From Cladosporium halotolerans (lineage: Eukaryota): DNA of 64,000 nucleotides. Below the pieces are notes generated by a model that saw only the letters and a list, made by a program, of their open reading frames with translations, was not told where the DNA came from and made no database searches. Shown here piece by piece: positions 1 through 11,843 of this stretch. Position numbers and translations under genes: made by a program. Positions within the stretch are counted from its first letter, which is position 1. Each line of letters begins with the position of its first letter. The stretch covers positions 124,001 through 188,000 of the forward strand of contig NW_027191466.1 in NCBI RefSeq assembly GCF_011745625.1, in the 5' to 3' direction.

Positions 1-262
1 CTTTTTATAATTGATCTTTATTAGTTACATCGATCCGATGCAAAAACAAGCGAGCACAATGCTTCATAACTTTACTAGGGTTCCATTCCGATCGTCTCGA
101 TTCATCCGATTATCATCTTGTCTTGAGCGACACAAACAAGAAAAGCACGCCTTAATCCCACCACACCATCCCATGATATCCCATCCCATCAAATCGTATC
201 CCCCTTCACATCAAAAACCATTAACCCCTCTCTCACGCCTTCCACCAGCCCTCTCAACCCCC

Positions 263-1153
263 TCAAATCAACGCTCCCAAAACAACAAACCCGACCCCCA
301 CAGCCCCAAGCACCAACCCCCCAAACACCCTCTCCGCAACCCCACCGGCCCCATTCACAGTCTGGCTAATCGGCGAGCTGCCAGCCGACGTCGCAGCGGG
401 GCTGTCAGACGCAGACATCGTGCGGATGCCGCTGGCGCTGCTGAAAACAAACGACGACGAAGAGGAGGAGGACGACGACGACGAAGAAGAATATGCAGTC
501 GCTCCGCTGGCGCTGTAATCGGTCGCTGAGGCGCCGCCGCCGCCAATCCCGGAGAGAACAGTCGTCGGCGCGGTGGTCGCCGTCGTCTGGAACGAAGGCG
601 GCGTTGACGCGATCGACGTGTCGAGCGAGCTCAGCATCGTCGTCGTCGAGCTGGAGGCGGAGACGTCGTAGCTGTAGCTGCTGCTGACGCCGCCGCCGGA
701 CGACGAGCCGCCGCTGGCGAAATCGGGGCAGGTGGTCGTCGCGTTCGCGGGGTCGTAGCAGTTGATGTTGTCGCCCGGGCACTGGACGTAGGTGCTGCCG
801 AAGCAGGATTTGCAGTCGCCGTTGTCGCACCAGTCGGTGTACGTGATGTTGTAGTCGGAGTAGCCGGTCGTGTCCGAGGGGGAAGAGGGGGAGGACGGGG
901 AGGAGTCGGAGGACTCGGGGGTGGTGCAGGATTCGATGCCGTAGGAGCTGTCGCCGGGGCTGTAGCAGTAGTAGTCGGAGCCTGGGCAGGGTTGGTAGGT
1001 GGGCCCGAAGCAGGTGACGCAGTCGCCGATGCAGCGCTTGGTGAGCTCGGAGGAGAAGGTGAGGGTGTCGCGGCGGAGGAGAGTGGGGGTGAAGGAGGCG
1101 ATGAGGGAGGTGGGGAGGAGGGTTAGGAGGAGGAGGGAGGTGGTGGGGGCCAT
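263..1153 (-). CDS. Secreted, probably GPI-anchored Ser/Thr-rich cell-surface protein with two Cys-rich repeats
   Basis: ATG at 1153 gives a signal peptide (MAPTTSLLLLTLLPTSLIA). A dibasic KR precedes two repeats (CIGDCVTCFGPTYQPCPGSDYYCY and CDNGDCKSCFGSTYVQCPGDNINCY). A Ser/Thr stalk and a terminal NGA...hydrophobic tail typical of a GPI signal follow. Confidence 0.85.
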   Translation of the reverse strand: MAPTTSLLLLTLLPTSLIASFTPTLLRRDTLTFSSELTKRCIGDCVTCFGPTYQPCPGSDYYCYSPGDSSYGIESCTTPESSDSSPSSPSSPSDTTGYSDYNITYTDWCDNGDCKSCFGSTYVQCPGDNINCYDPANATTTCPDFASGGSSSGGGVSSSYSYDVSASSSTTTMLSSLDTSIASTPPSFQTTATTAPTTVLSGIGGGGASATDYSASGATAYSSSSSSSSSSSSSFVFSSASGIRTMSASDSPAATSAGSSPISQTVNGAGGVAERVFGGLVLGAVGVGFVVLGALI

Positions 1154-2141
1154 TTTTGTTGGTGGATGGCGAGGACGCTTTCGACTTCGCTTTGGTCGAG
1201 GTGTGATGTCGTGCTGGGAGGAATGACTACTACTCACACCCATGGACGCGATGCGGCTGATATATACATAGCCCATCGCCCTCCAGACCGGTCAATCGAT
1301 TCCACGACATCAGGCGCCTGCGCGCTATACAGCCACAGCCACGCAGGAGTCATCTCATCACGCACAAGCCTTTCAAGGCCGTCCAATGATAGGAGATGCT
1401 AAGTTCGGAGGGTATAGCAGGAGATGCTTGGTCGGGCGAGGCGTCAAAGCCATGAGCGGTCCGCGATGCCACAAAAGGCCATGAATAGCAGCGCGCCGCC
1501 GCATCAGGCGAGAGTGCATAACGGTCGATAGTATTGGAGACATGCGGCTATCCATCCCCAGCACGTCGCGTCGTGCAGAGGCGCGCATCGGCGCGTGCCG
1601 GCCAATCATTCTCGTTCGATGGACCCGACTATTGCCCATGTGAGAGTTCTTCCTTCGCGCGGTCGAGGTTGGGGGCCCTGGAGTCCAAACGCGGTGTCAA
1701 GAAGCATCGACCGTCGACCGCTGAGACGTCTTCAGAATAAGAAGCGAGGAAACGGTTGCAAGCGCGGAGGTTGATCGTTTCTCCACTGCTAGTCACGTCT
1801 ATCATCCTCCTTCCGGCGTGGTCGCCAAGCGCCAGCTGAAAGACGGGCGAATTGCTCATCTCCTGATTGTGTTTCATGGCTGAACTTTGTGCGCAAGCCT
1901 CGAGGCTGAGCCTGCAGCGTCCAATAACATTGCATCTCTTTCGTTTGTTCTTGTTCAATCAACCAACAGAGCATTTCGTCCATTCCACGATGCCAGCATG
2001 TGGAGAGGAGATCATCATGTGGTGGTTACCTTAGGCTCGGCGAAAGACAATTCATTGCATTTAAGCAGATGATATTTCCGCGGATAACGATTGAGGAATA
2101 ACGTTGTCATTACGTCCTTCAACAAGAATCGCCCTGACACA

Positions 2142-3198
2142 ATGAAACCGATCGTTTGGCTACTCTTCACGCTTCCTTCCGCTTTCGGCGCGATAGGCGG
2201 ATCCTGCTCCTACAATGGTCTCAAGGGCACTTGTCAGAAGACCAGCAATTGCGGTCAAGGTACGTCGATATCGATCGACTCGCGTCTACACAAACCAGAC
2301 TCCTTACTAACTCCCCCTCCGCATAGGCTTCACCGTCACCGGTGCCTGTCCTAACGACCCTACCAACGTGAAATGCTGCCTGTCCAAATCCTGCACCAGC
2401 ACCAGCGGGCAGTCCGGGCTCTGCAAGAACAACCCCGGCAGTACCTGCAGCGGCAGCTTCGTCAAAAACCGCTGCCCAGGGCCCTCCGACGTGCAATGCT
2501 GCGTCTCCCAGGCGCCGGCACCATCCTCCACCCCCAAACCAGCCCCTGAGCCCGTGACAAACCTCGTCGTGCAGTTCTGGCTCAAGTCCTTCATCCCCCT
2601 CAACGTCCCCGACGTCACGTCCCCCTGGCCCAACCACCCGGGCAAGACGATGCTGAACGGCATCCCGCAAGCCCTCGAGTGGGTGCCCAACTTCGGCGGC
2701 TGCTTCGTGACGGACCAGCGCAGCTGGAGCAGCCTGACGACCGCCTCGGCGCGCATGCACTCGGAAGCGCGCATCCTGCTGTCCTCGCAAGGCACCTACG
2801 ACTGGACGCAGACGCACCGGTGCGGGCGCACGGTAAAAGTGGACTGCGACGACGGGGCGGAGAAGGACTCCGCGACGGCGTCGACGAAAGACATGGGCTT
2901 CAGCCTCAGGTCAGGGTCGTCGCGAAAAGTCGTGCTGGACTATAGCGGCAAGGCGAGCGATCCGCTGGTCTCGGGGGCGCCGAAGATCGATGTCTTGGGC
3001 ACGCTGACGGTCGATTGGGACCGGAGGTCGGTGGAGTTCAATGGCAAGGTGGATGATTTCCCGGCTTTCGAGGCGTATGTGGTTGTTAATGGGAAGGGCC
3101 CGTATGCGTTGCAGAAGCTGGGGGAGAAGGAGGGGAGCACTGCGACGAATCTGTTGGGTGGGGCGAATAGGGCGTTTAGTGGGAAGATTCTGTTCTGA
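2142..3198 (+). CDS. Secreted protein: two 6-Cys modules plus C-terminal DUF3238-like domain (exons 2142-2259, 2327-3198)
   Basis: Signal peptide MKPIVWLLFTLPSAFG. The intron GTACGT...CTAAC...TAG (2260-2326) joins the frames. Modules follow C..G.C...C...CP...CC. C-terminal motifs FVTDQRSW, ASDPLVSGAPKID and GKVDDFPAFEAY match my recollection of DUF3238. Confidence 0.85.
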
Positions 3199-3584
3199 GG
3201 TTGAAGGCCGTCACGATTTGGTGCTTTGGCGTGATAGTTCATTGGCCGATGGCTAGAGAAATTGATTGGTAACGATATGCAGTCGATCCTGAATGAGAGA
3301 ATCTGGCTCCTGAAGTCGTGTTATTTGTTGTCGACGCTTTCAGAGTGCAAAACAAAAATAAAAAATCTGCAGTTCTGGCGGGTATGATGCCAGCGTGGTA
3401 GAGAATCTCGTAGAAAACAGACACCAGAGCCTTTCTTTCACAAGCCATACATTAGTCTCAATGCCAATATATCAAATGCCTACGCCGCTTGCAATTACCC
3501 AAAAACCCACACAGCCATCGTGATGTCGCTCGACCCCAACGCCTCCCACCCCACATCCACATCCAAAACCCACCTCTCCTAACA

Positions 3585-5791
3585 TCACATCCAAGGCCCC
3601 ACCCCCCCAGCCCCACCTCCCCTCCCCTCATCCCACCTCCAAGCCCTCAGCGTCTCGGCCCCCACGCTCCTCTTATTCGCCAGCGCCCTGCGTCTCAACT
3701 CCCTAACAACCTCGTCGCTCGCCTCGAGCCGCTCCAGCGTCTCCGGCGCGGCGTCGACGAGCTGCTGCAGGCGGCTGAGCGAGGATTGGCGGATGTGCTT
3801 CCAGAGGGCGCGGGCGTTGTCGGGCTCGGTGGACGCGGGAGGGGAGAGGGCGGTGGTGGTTGTTGCGGGGCTGGGGTGGTGGGAGGGGGGTTTGAGGTGG
3901 GCGGTTGCTTGGCGGAGAGGTGGAAGGGGAGGAGGGGGAGGAGGTGGTGGTGGTGGTGGTGGTAGGGTGGTTGTGGGATCTGAGGTGGGCGAGCAGGGTG
4001 CTGTGCTGTAGTAGTCTGAAGGGGCGGGGGAGCCGGTTGGGGAGTTTGTTTCGAGGGAGGTGTCGGAGATCAGGATGGAAGGTTTGTCTGTTGTGTCGAG
4101 GGCCGCGGAATGCAGCTGGGTTTCGAGAGATTCGCAAATTTTGTCGATGGGATGTTTTGCTGAGTTTGTGGTGCCGAGGTGATAATGGATCAAGTCTAGG
4201 GCTTGTTGTGGTGGGCAATGGTGCGTGATGTATCTGGCCAGCTTTTCGTGGACGTTAGAACGACTCGAGAGTCCGTCGATAGACGAGCAGATACTCCAGC
4301 GGGAGTCAGTCTTGGGTCTGCGGAGTTTGCATGTCGTGCGGCAGGTGGCCGTGTTCGTTTGATGGACAAGCGAGTGCTTGTACCGTGCTTCAATGTGAAG
4401 TATGTCTTGCTCAAGGGTGCCAACAATGCTCTGAATCTCCGCAAAGAGCGAAGCCTGATCGATGTCATCCGCATGAGTCGACCTGCTCGGACGGATGCGT
4501 GGAATATGCAGCTTGATGAAAAGTAAACAAGATTCTCCCGGGAGCAACTGATCGGTCGACTTGCGCCCGACCAAATCCAATATCTTACTGCTAGAGCTGG
4601 GTTTGTAGCATAATCGAAGGCTTGTGATTCGGCCGAGCACCTTGTCTCTGGGACAATCGGGGCTCGAAGGCTGCTAGCCTTGAATCGTTTTCTGATCGAC
4701 GACTTGCGTCTCGGTGCTTGCTTCTATAGCAATCCACATATCCTTCTTCTCACTAGGGTCCAGGATAAATGTGTCCATGGTAGCTTCGAGGCGGACGTAC
4801 GGTACCAAGATCTTGCCGTTGGTAGCCTCGACCGGTAGCGCCTGGGGTACTTTCTCCTGAAGTCTTGGAGTGACATCGAATCTCGCTGGATATCTAGGCG
4901 GCGGCGACTCCGGCGATTTGGAGAATCGAGACATGAAAGGCAACCTGGCAGGTGTCGGCGTTCCAAAAGGCGGCGTAATCTCTTCCAGCTCCTGCACCAG
5001 AGCAGCGGTGCTCACGGTGCTGTCTGTGAAAGAGCGATGTTCGCTTCCAAGCGGCCCCTGACGGGCGAAATCATCGCTACCAGGTACGTCAACCTCGCTA
5101 GCGACGCTGTCTCGGCTGATATCGAAGCTGTATGCTCTTCTCTCGGGTGGGAGTTCGATGGTGGGTTTGCGACGGCCGGACAGCCTGCGTAAGAGACTTG
5201 CCTCTGATTCGATGGGTCGGATAGTGTTGGTGCTGCGAGTTCGGGAAGCAGCGCTCTTGAGAGTTGACAACATGCGCTTGCTGACGGACCTGTGACGTTG
5301 GATCTGTGGCTTTCCTGGTTTGAGCCCAGGAGTCACGCGCGGTGAGGGCTGAGAATTTGGTGAGAGAAGCGGCTCTGGCGATATGCTGCGGAGGCTGCTG
5401 GAAGCGTTTGACGATTCTTGACCGCGGAGATGCTGACAATCGCTTTGAGCGACTTCCGGGAACGGCATGTTCTGAAGTTCATGATCTCCAGCACACCCGA
5501 CGCAAGGCGGCGGCACATTGCCCAGCGCTCCGTCTTTTCTCAGGTTCTCCCTGGTCTTCCGGACGCGCAATGGCGTGTCCGGTCGTCTGCAAGCAGAGTG
5601 GTCTCGTTGGCGATTCAAGGCTGGTTTGTCACTGGGAGACAGTGGCCGCAGAGGCCTCACGTTCGACGGCAAGGCATGCTGGCCCAATCGCGCGCCTCTT
5701 GGGGTTGGTGGGATATTCTGCGCGACAAATTAGCCGTGAAAAGGGGAAACAAACGTGGAGATCGCAGTCTCGCCTCTTTGGCGTTCGCCAT
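3585..5791 (-). CDS. Fungal protein of unknown function, reading frame interrupted by one in-frame TAG at 4674-4676
   Basis: ORFs 4674-5687 and 3585-4640 share a frame and are separated only by TAG plus 11 open codons. An acceptor CTAAT...CAG lies at 5718. A putative first exon 5774-5791 via a GC-AG intron gives MANAKENIPP. Confidence 0.6.
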
Positions 5792-6218
5792 AAAGTGTTC
5801 CTCTCAGCGCTGAAAACCGTTTCTTGGGTCAGAATCTACAGACTGAGTCGGACTGTATGCATCATCACGGATTACCATAAGAGGTGACTGGCATGAGCAA
5901 TGACCGGGAAGGCGTAGGGCAGTCCGGTAAATACTGCAATAGATCCTGCCCGCCTTGAGGCTTCTCATCAGGGCGACTTTGGCAAGCACTGCCAGATATG
6001 CCAAACTCATTACCTTGACTTTACCTACCTACTCATCATAGATCCAGGTGACAATCTGAAAATCTCATTGCAGCAGGCTCATTCGTTTGATTGACGTCTC
6101 GTTGCCAACGGGTAGATGTCTCGATATGAGGTTTCCTTTGTTTATATTATATTCGGATCGCCCTCATTAAGCAAGCCTCAAGTTGTCCAGCAACAGCCTC
6201 CGAGGGCATGGCGTATCT

Positions 6219-7344
6219 TCATCCTCCAGCAGCCACCGCCTCAATCTGCGGCATAACGCTCGCAAGCGCCTCATCGTCCATCTTCGCAAAAGAAATCTGC
6301 AAAATCACGTCAGCAAAAAACGCCCTTCCTGACCGCACCACCCCCCAAGACAACAAAAACCAAAAAGAAATAAACTCACCACCTCCCCCCCCTCCCCCCC
6401 AAAAAGCACCCCCTCCGCCCTACTCGCCGCGACAACCTTCCTCACCCGATCCTCCCAAACGCCCGACCAATTCCACTCGCCCGGCCTCCTAGCCCCACCA
6501 GGCTGCTGCTGCTGCGTGGCCGCGCTCCCCTCCCTCCCAGCACCACCACCATCCACCCTCACCGGCGCAGCCTCCCCCAAGACCCTCGCGCGATAACTCC
6601 GCCACGCATGCCACGCGCTCGGGTTCGCGGCCGCCTCTAGCGGTACCGCGTCCAGCAGCTCCGGCGTGCAGAACAGCAGCCTCACGTAGTGCAGCACTTC
6701 GACGATATGCGGCTCCCTCCTGCCATCCCCATGCTCCGACTCCGACTCTTCAGCAAACCACTCCGGAAAACCCTCTCGCAGCACCAGGCCGCCGGGCGGC
6801 AAGCGCGAGCGCGGGTCGACGGGCCCGCTGTCGCGGGCGGAAGAGAGGGTGTAAGTCGTAAGGGGCGCGACGAGGGGGTGGAAGACGTCCTGGGCGAAAG
6901 TGATGGCGGGCGGGGCGGAGGGGTAGGAGGCGGGGAAGGAGAGGGAGAGGCGGAGGAGGGCGGAGGCGTAGGGGCCTAGAAGTGGGAGGTTAGTTGGGGT
7001 CGGTTTCGGGGATGGGGAGGTTGGGGGGCGCGTAAGGTACCTTTGCGGACGGAGAGGACGGCGGTCCACTGCAGGGGCTCGTCGGGGACGGGGGAGACGT
7101 AGAGGCCTTTGAGGTTGGCGTGTTTGAGGCTGGCGCTGTTTAGGGCGAGGCCGGGGGCGTCAGTTGGGTGCTACGTTACTGCGTTGCTGCGTTTGCCGGT
7201 ATGCTTGGGCTGAGGGTGTTGCGCGAGAGCTCTGGACTGGAGGGAGGCATTTTGCTCGCTGGAGCGATTGGGAAATGGGACGTGAAGCACGTACAAGTCT
7301 AGACACAGCTTCTGGCGCGCGAACGCGCTGGACCGCAAGGGCAT
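6219..7344 (-). CDS. Ubiquitin-conjugating-enzyme variant, FTS/AKTIP-like (exons 7295-7344, 7041-7135, 6380-6975, 6219-6296)
   Basis: Three GT-AG introns give MPLRSSAFARQKLCLDFASLKHANLKGLYVSP...WTAVLSVRKGPY...FPASYPSAPPAITFAQDVFHPLV. This is a UBC fold with HPLV and no catalytic Cys in the expected position. Confidence 0.8.
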
Positions 7345-9687
7345 GGTGTGGGCATTGGTGCGGTATGGCGGTTCCTCAGGTCACACGCCGAAGCTCGCTC
7401 GCCGTCCGACGGCGCTCGCGGGGTCGGTCGTCTGGAGTAAGGCACGCGAAGCTTGGGCTGGAACCCGCTTGCGGCCGGCTTTACTTCAAGCCACAATCAA
7501 TGGCAGGTGTGGTATCGTCCCGAGCATCTGCGCGCCAAGGGAGAGAGCGGTCACATTTGAAATACCGGCACCGCAAACGAAGCTACAGTAGTATGTTCCT
7601 GATTAATCTACGCGCGAGTGATCCACCTGGCATGCAAGGCCGGCAGCCGGCAGCACCCAGAGGCAGAAGTCAGGTCACATGACTGGAGCTTCATGCGGGC
7701 TCGCGCATCCCTGTCTGTCTGTCCGCCTCATCACAGCCGATGACGATGCGCAGCGAGCCCTCGCAGATCGATGAACCTGACACAAACCCCCGAGACCGAG
7801 GCGCGCGCGTCCGCCCTCCCCTTCCGAGCGGCGGCAAGCCGTGCACCAAGGTCAAACACTGGCGCAGGAGGGAAATGGGGCGCTGGGCCCAATGGCCGGC
7901 CGGACGACTTTCAACCTGACGCAGAGGCAGATTGAAATTCACGTCGGGACGCGTTGCGATTCGCCCGCGGCCGCGCGCCGGACTCGAAGCCTGTGCGGTT
8001 AGGGTTGGCTGGCCCGGGGACCTACGGGCGGCGGCGTGGGCGGGTTCCCTCGCTGTGGAAGGTTTGCACCGGCCTTCCTGCATGGGGCCCGGCCGTCGGG
8101 ATCAGTTATGACATGTGGCTCGATTGCTATAGATCATTATAGCCCCGTCGTGGGGCTGGGAGTGAGAAGTTTGCAGTGACCCAGTTCGTCCTGCGATTGC
8201 CTTTTTGCGACCCGGGAGGTGCCCTCGCATGCAGCTCGCGGCTCGGTCAGGACTCAGCGGACATGAGGCCGGCGCGGCGCATGGGGAGCGCGTCCCGGTT
8301 GCCGCAAAGTCATTTCGCGCGACTCAGGTCAGGCTTTGTGATTATTGTGATGTCGGTGGGCAGCGCGGATCTGCCGAGGTTTGGCGTCGTTTGATGAACG
8401 GCCGGCTCAAGATTATGAAGGGAGGGACGCCGCGGCGGTGAAGGAGCCGTGTCGACGAAGCGTTGGACGTCACGGGCAGGCAGGGCAACACACCGCCGTG
8501 CCGTTGCCATCGTCATCTACCGGGCGAGGAGCCGGCGGTGTGGCGCGGTGGTTACATACAAGTCAGGATCGGGCGGGCTGCGGTATCACGATGGACAGAT
8601 CAGAGGCCGCTTTGTCCTCGATGATGCGGTGGAAGGGTGCGGGCGGTCAGGTGCTCGCGAGTCGCGGAGGCGCATTCGAGGCTCTGACGGGCTCAAGCGC
8701 AAGCTTTCGGGGTGATCGCCCGCTTGCCATCGCTCGTCGGACGAGCCCTCCGCAAAGTCCCAAGGTTTGCTCCAGCGCGCGTGGTCACTGCTCCGGCCGG
8801 CATGCCGTCGACTGACGGGTCGACGAGGCGTCTGACCATCTATCTCCATGACCACGACCCGGGTGCCGCGGTTCTGCTGGCGTCGGCCCAAACGGCGGGC
8901 GTGCGCAGGAGGCCCAGGGCGAAACGTCAGGCCGGTGCTGCCAGCGCTGCCAGCGGTGGGGTTTGGGCGCACTGCGAACCATGACGGACCCGAGGCTCCG
9001 CGCGTGTAGCATCCGCAGACAGGACGACTGACACTGACACGCCGCGCAGCTCACGGCACGCCGGCCTGACTTTATGTATCCACACCGCCGCCGGGTCGCG
9101 GGCGCCGCAGCGGCATGCCGTGGGCAGGGCGGCGACTCTCGATCCTTGATCGCCTTCGATGGCACGGCAGGCCGCTACACCGCATCGGCCGGTGCGCTGT
9201 GCGAGGCGACGGCGGCTCACCGAAGTTAGGGAGAGCGCTGGCGCTGGCGCTGGCGGCGCGCGCACACAAATACATCCGGGCGTGCGTCTGACAGATCACA
9301 TCTCCCGGCTTGGCGGCACTCGCCGGGCGGCGTGCCAGGCCCAAAGCGTGGTCGCGCAGGCGCAGCACAGCTCGAATCCAACCCAGCGTGCATGCAGCGC
9401 TACCGCCCCCGATCACGGGTGCATAAGCCCGCCCATGACGTCGGGGCGATCTGTGGTCCCGGGGCCCGTCGAGCCGGGATGGCAGCGCCAGGCCGCCAGC
9501 AGGGTTTGCGCCGGCGGCAGGCGAGGCAGGGTGGTGTCATGTGGTGGGCGAAGGTGGGGAGGGCTAGAATAGGAGTCGAAGGATTCGAAACCGACCTGTC
9601 TCAGATGCGGTGGCGAATGAGAGGGGCTCGACGGGGGTTGCGCCCCAATCTCCCGGCCCGCCGTGCATTCCAACGTTTCGAGCCTTG

Positions 9688-11843
9688 GGAGGGCGAGGGC
9701 GAGGGCGAGGGCGAGCAACGGAGGGAGGGCGAAGGCGAGCGTGCGCCGCGCGGGAGTCAGGCGTGTCATCAGGCGTGTCAGGCAAGTCAGGCAAGTCAGG
9801 CAGGCCTGTCTCGCGGCATCGCATGGGTGCCAGCCTGCAAGCCTGGGATGCTGCCGGAATGCTGTGCTGCTGTGCCGCTGTGCTGCTCTCACTGCTGCTG
9901 CCCAGCGCGTGTACCGTGCAGCAAATCAGGACGGCTACCCGGTGCGCGCTGTGTCACGCCTCGGGTCGCTACGCACCGTTTGGCCCTCACCGCCATTACC
10001 GCAGCCAGGGCCTGTGACGAGACAAGGGTAAAACGTGGCAGGCCAACGGCGGAGGGCGGCGGAGGGCGGTGGCATTGGCGTTGGCGACACGAGGTCTCGG
10101 GCGGCCGCGAGCCAGCACAGCGCAGCGCAGCGCAGCGCAGCCCACGGCGACCGGCTTTTGAGAGCGGTCGCAAGAGTCATAGTGCTCATTAATCTACCCT
10201 ACCTGCCTTACAGTGGTCGCCTGGTCTGCGCTCTGCAGGCGACTATTTTACCGTACCGACCGAGCTGGGACTGGGAGCGGTAGCGAGCGCATTTGCTCAA
10301 TCGCACATAGGGGCCGTGCAGGGAAGGCAGGCAGGCAGGCAGGCAGGACAGGCTTCGCGACCTCACAAGCTCGACGCCAGCGCGGGCCTCGGGACTCTCT
10401 GCGACAAATAACGTGTACCACTCGAGACTCGAGCTACTGCACGTCGCGGCGGAGGCGGAAGTGCAGCCGGGGGGTCGCTGCACCAGCGTGCCGCATCGAC
10501 GCCTCGACGCATCGTGGCGCGACGCAGGCAAATGTGACAAGCGAGGGATGAGAGGGCGCGCGCAACCTTAAACCCACCTCGACCTCCTCGCAAGCCTGCC
10601 CATGCCTTGGGTGCCCGCCGGCCAGGCAGCCCAGCCCCATGCCCGCAGTGCGGCCTCGCCGGCCCTTGCAGCGTGCGCGCGCCCACCACACACACCGCCT
10701 GAGCGCGCGACGGCATGGCCGGCCACGACGGCGACGACGATGCTGCCCAGACGCGCTGGTGGAGCCACGCACAGGGAGGACTGGCACGGCGCGACTGGGT
10801 CGCAAGTCAGGTGTCGGGGGTGACGTGGGACGGCGGGCGCGCGGCGAGGGCAGCACCGGCAGCACTGGCAGGTGTGATGAGTCGGCGGCAGCGGCAGGAG
10901 GCGGAGTGAAAGGCGTGCGGGCGGGCAGGCAGGCAGATGGCAGCTGCTGGCAGGGTGGCAGCTGGCAGCGCGGCTCACCGAGTGTTCGGCAGCGTGGCGA
11001 TGGCTGCAGCGCGCCGGCCGGGTTGCCCTGGCGCAGGAGGTTGATTGCGTGCGCCGGCAGCGGGCAGGGCGAGCAGGGCTGAGCGATGACGGGTCGATGG
11101 ATGGAGGGATGGCAGCAGGCGGGTTAACAGCCCACTCGACGGGCGGGGGGAGCAGGCCTCACAGGCCCAGCGGCCCAGGTGCTTGCTTGCTAGCAGCGGC
11201 GCAGGCTCGCGCAGGCTCGTAGCGTGGGCGGCTGTCCGAGAGTCTGGCGCAGGCGTTGTGCGGCGCGGATGGGCGATGCCGCGCACCGGATCTTGCGCCG
11301 GGCCCGCCGCGCCGGCTGCCGCGCGCCAATCAACACCCGCAATCGCTTCCGGGCACCTGGCGCGGGCGCTGCGAGCTTCTAGCGCCGAATTTGCCGGCCC
11401 GGGCGCGCTAGCATCGGCCTGCTGCCCATGAATCACCCGCTACAGCAGGTGAATGTGAACGTGAACCTTATGCACTGGCACGACTGGATGTACTGTCATG
11501 ATTGTCGTGCCCTCGCCCTCCGGCCAGCTCCCGCCAGCTCCCGCCACGCGCGCGGCCTCTCCCTTCCCCCGCCGCCCGCCGCCCGCCGCATCGCCCGCCG
11601 CCTGTCATGCAGCAGCAGCCTGCAGCCGGCCCTGCTAGGCCTCCCGCCCACCGCGGCACTCGCGCGCCTCGCTGCCGCTAGCGGTGCCGGCAGTCAGGCA
11701 GTCAGGGGCCGCCGCCTGCCAGATCGCTGGCCTCGCGCGCTGCAGCGGCGCCCGGTGCACACCTCCCACCGCGCCCCATCGTCCCCGGAAGCTTGCCCTG
11801 GCGCCCGCCCACGCCCAAGCCCATGCCCATGCCCATGCCCATG
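9688..11843. repeat. Scattered short tandem repeats in a long GC-rich intergenic region
   Basis: (GAGGGC)n near 9688-9712, CAGGCGTGTC and CAGGCAAGT doublets near 9758-9800, (GCGCA)n near 10120-10140, (GGCA)n near 10326-10345 and (CCCATG)n near 11820-11843. Confidence 0.8.
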
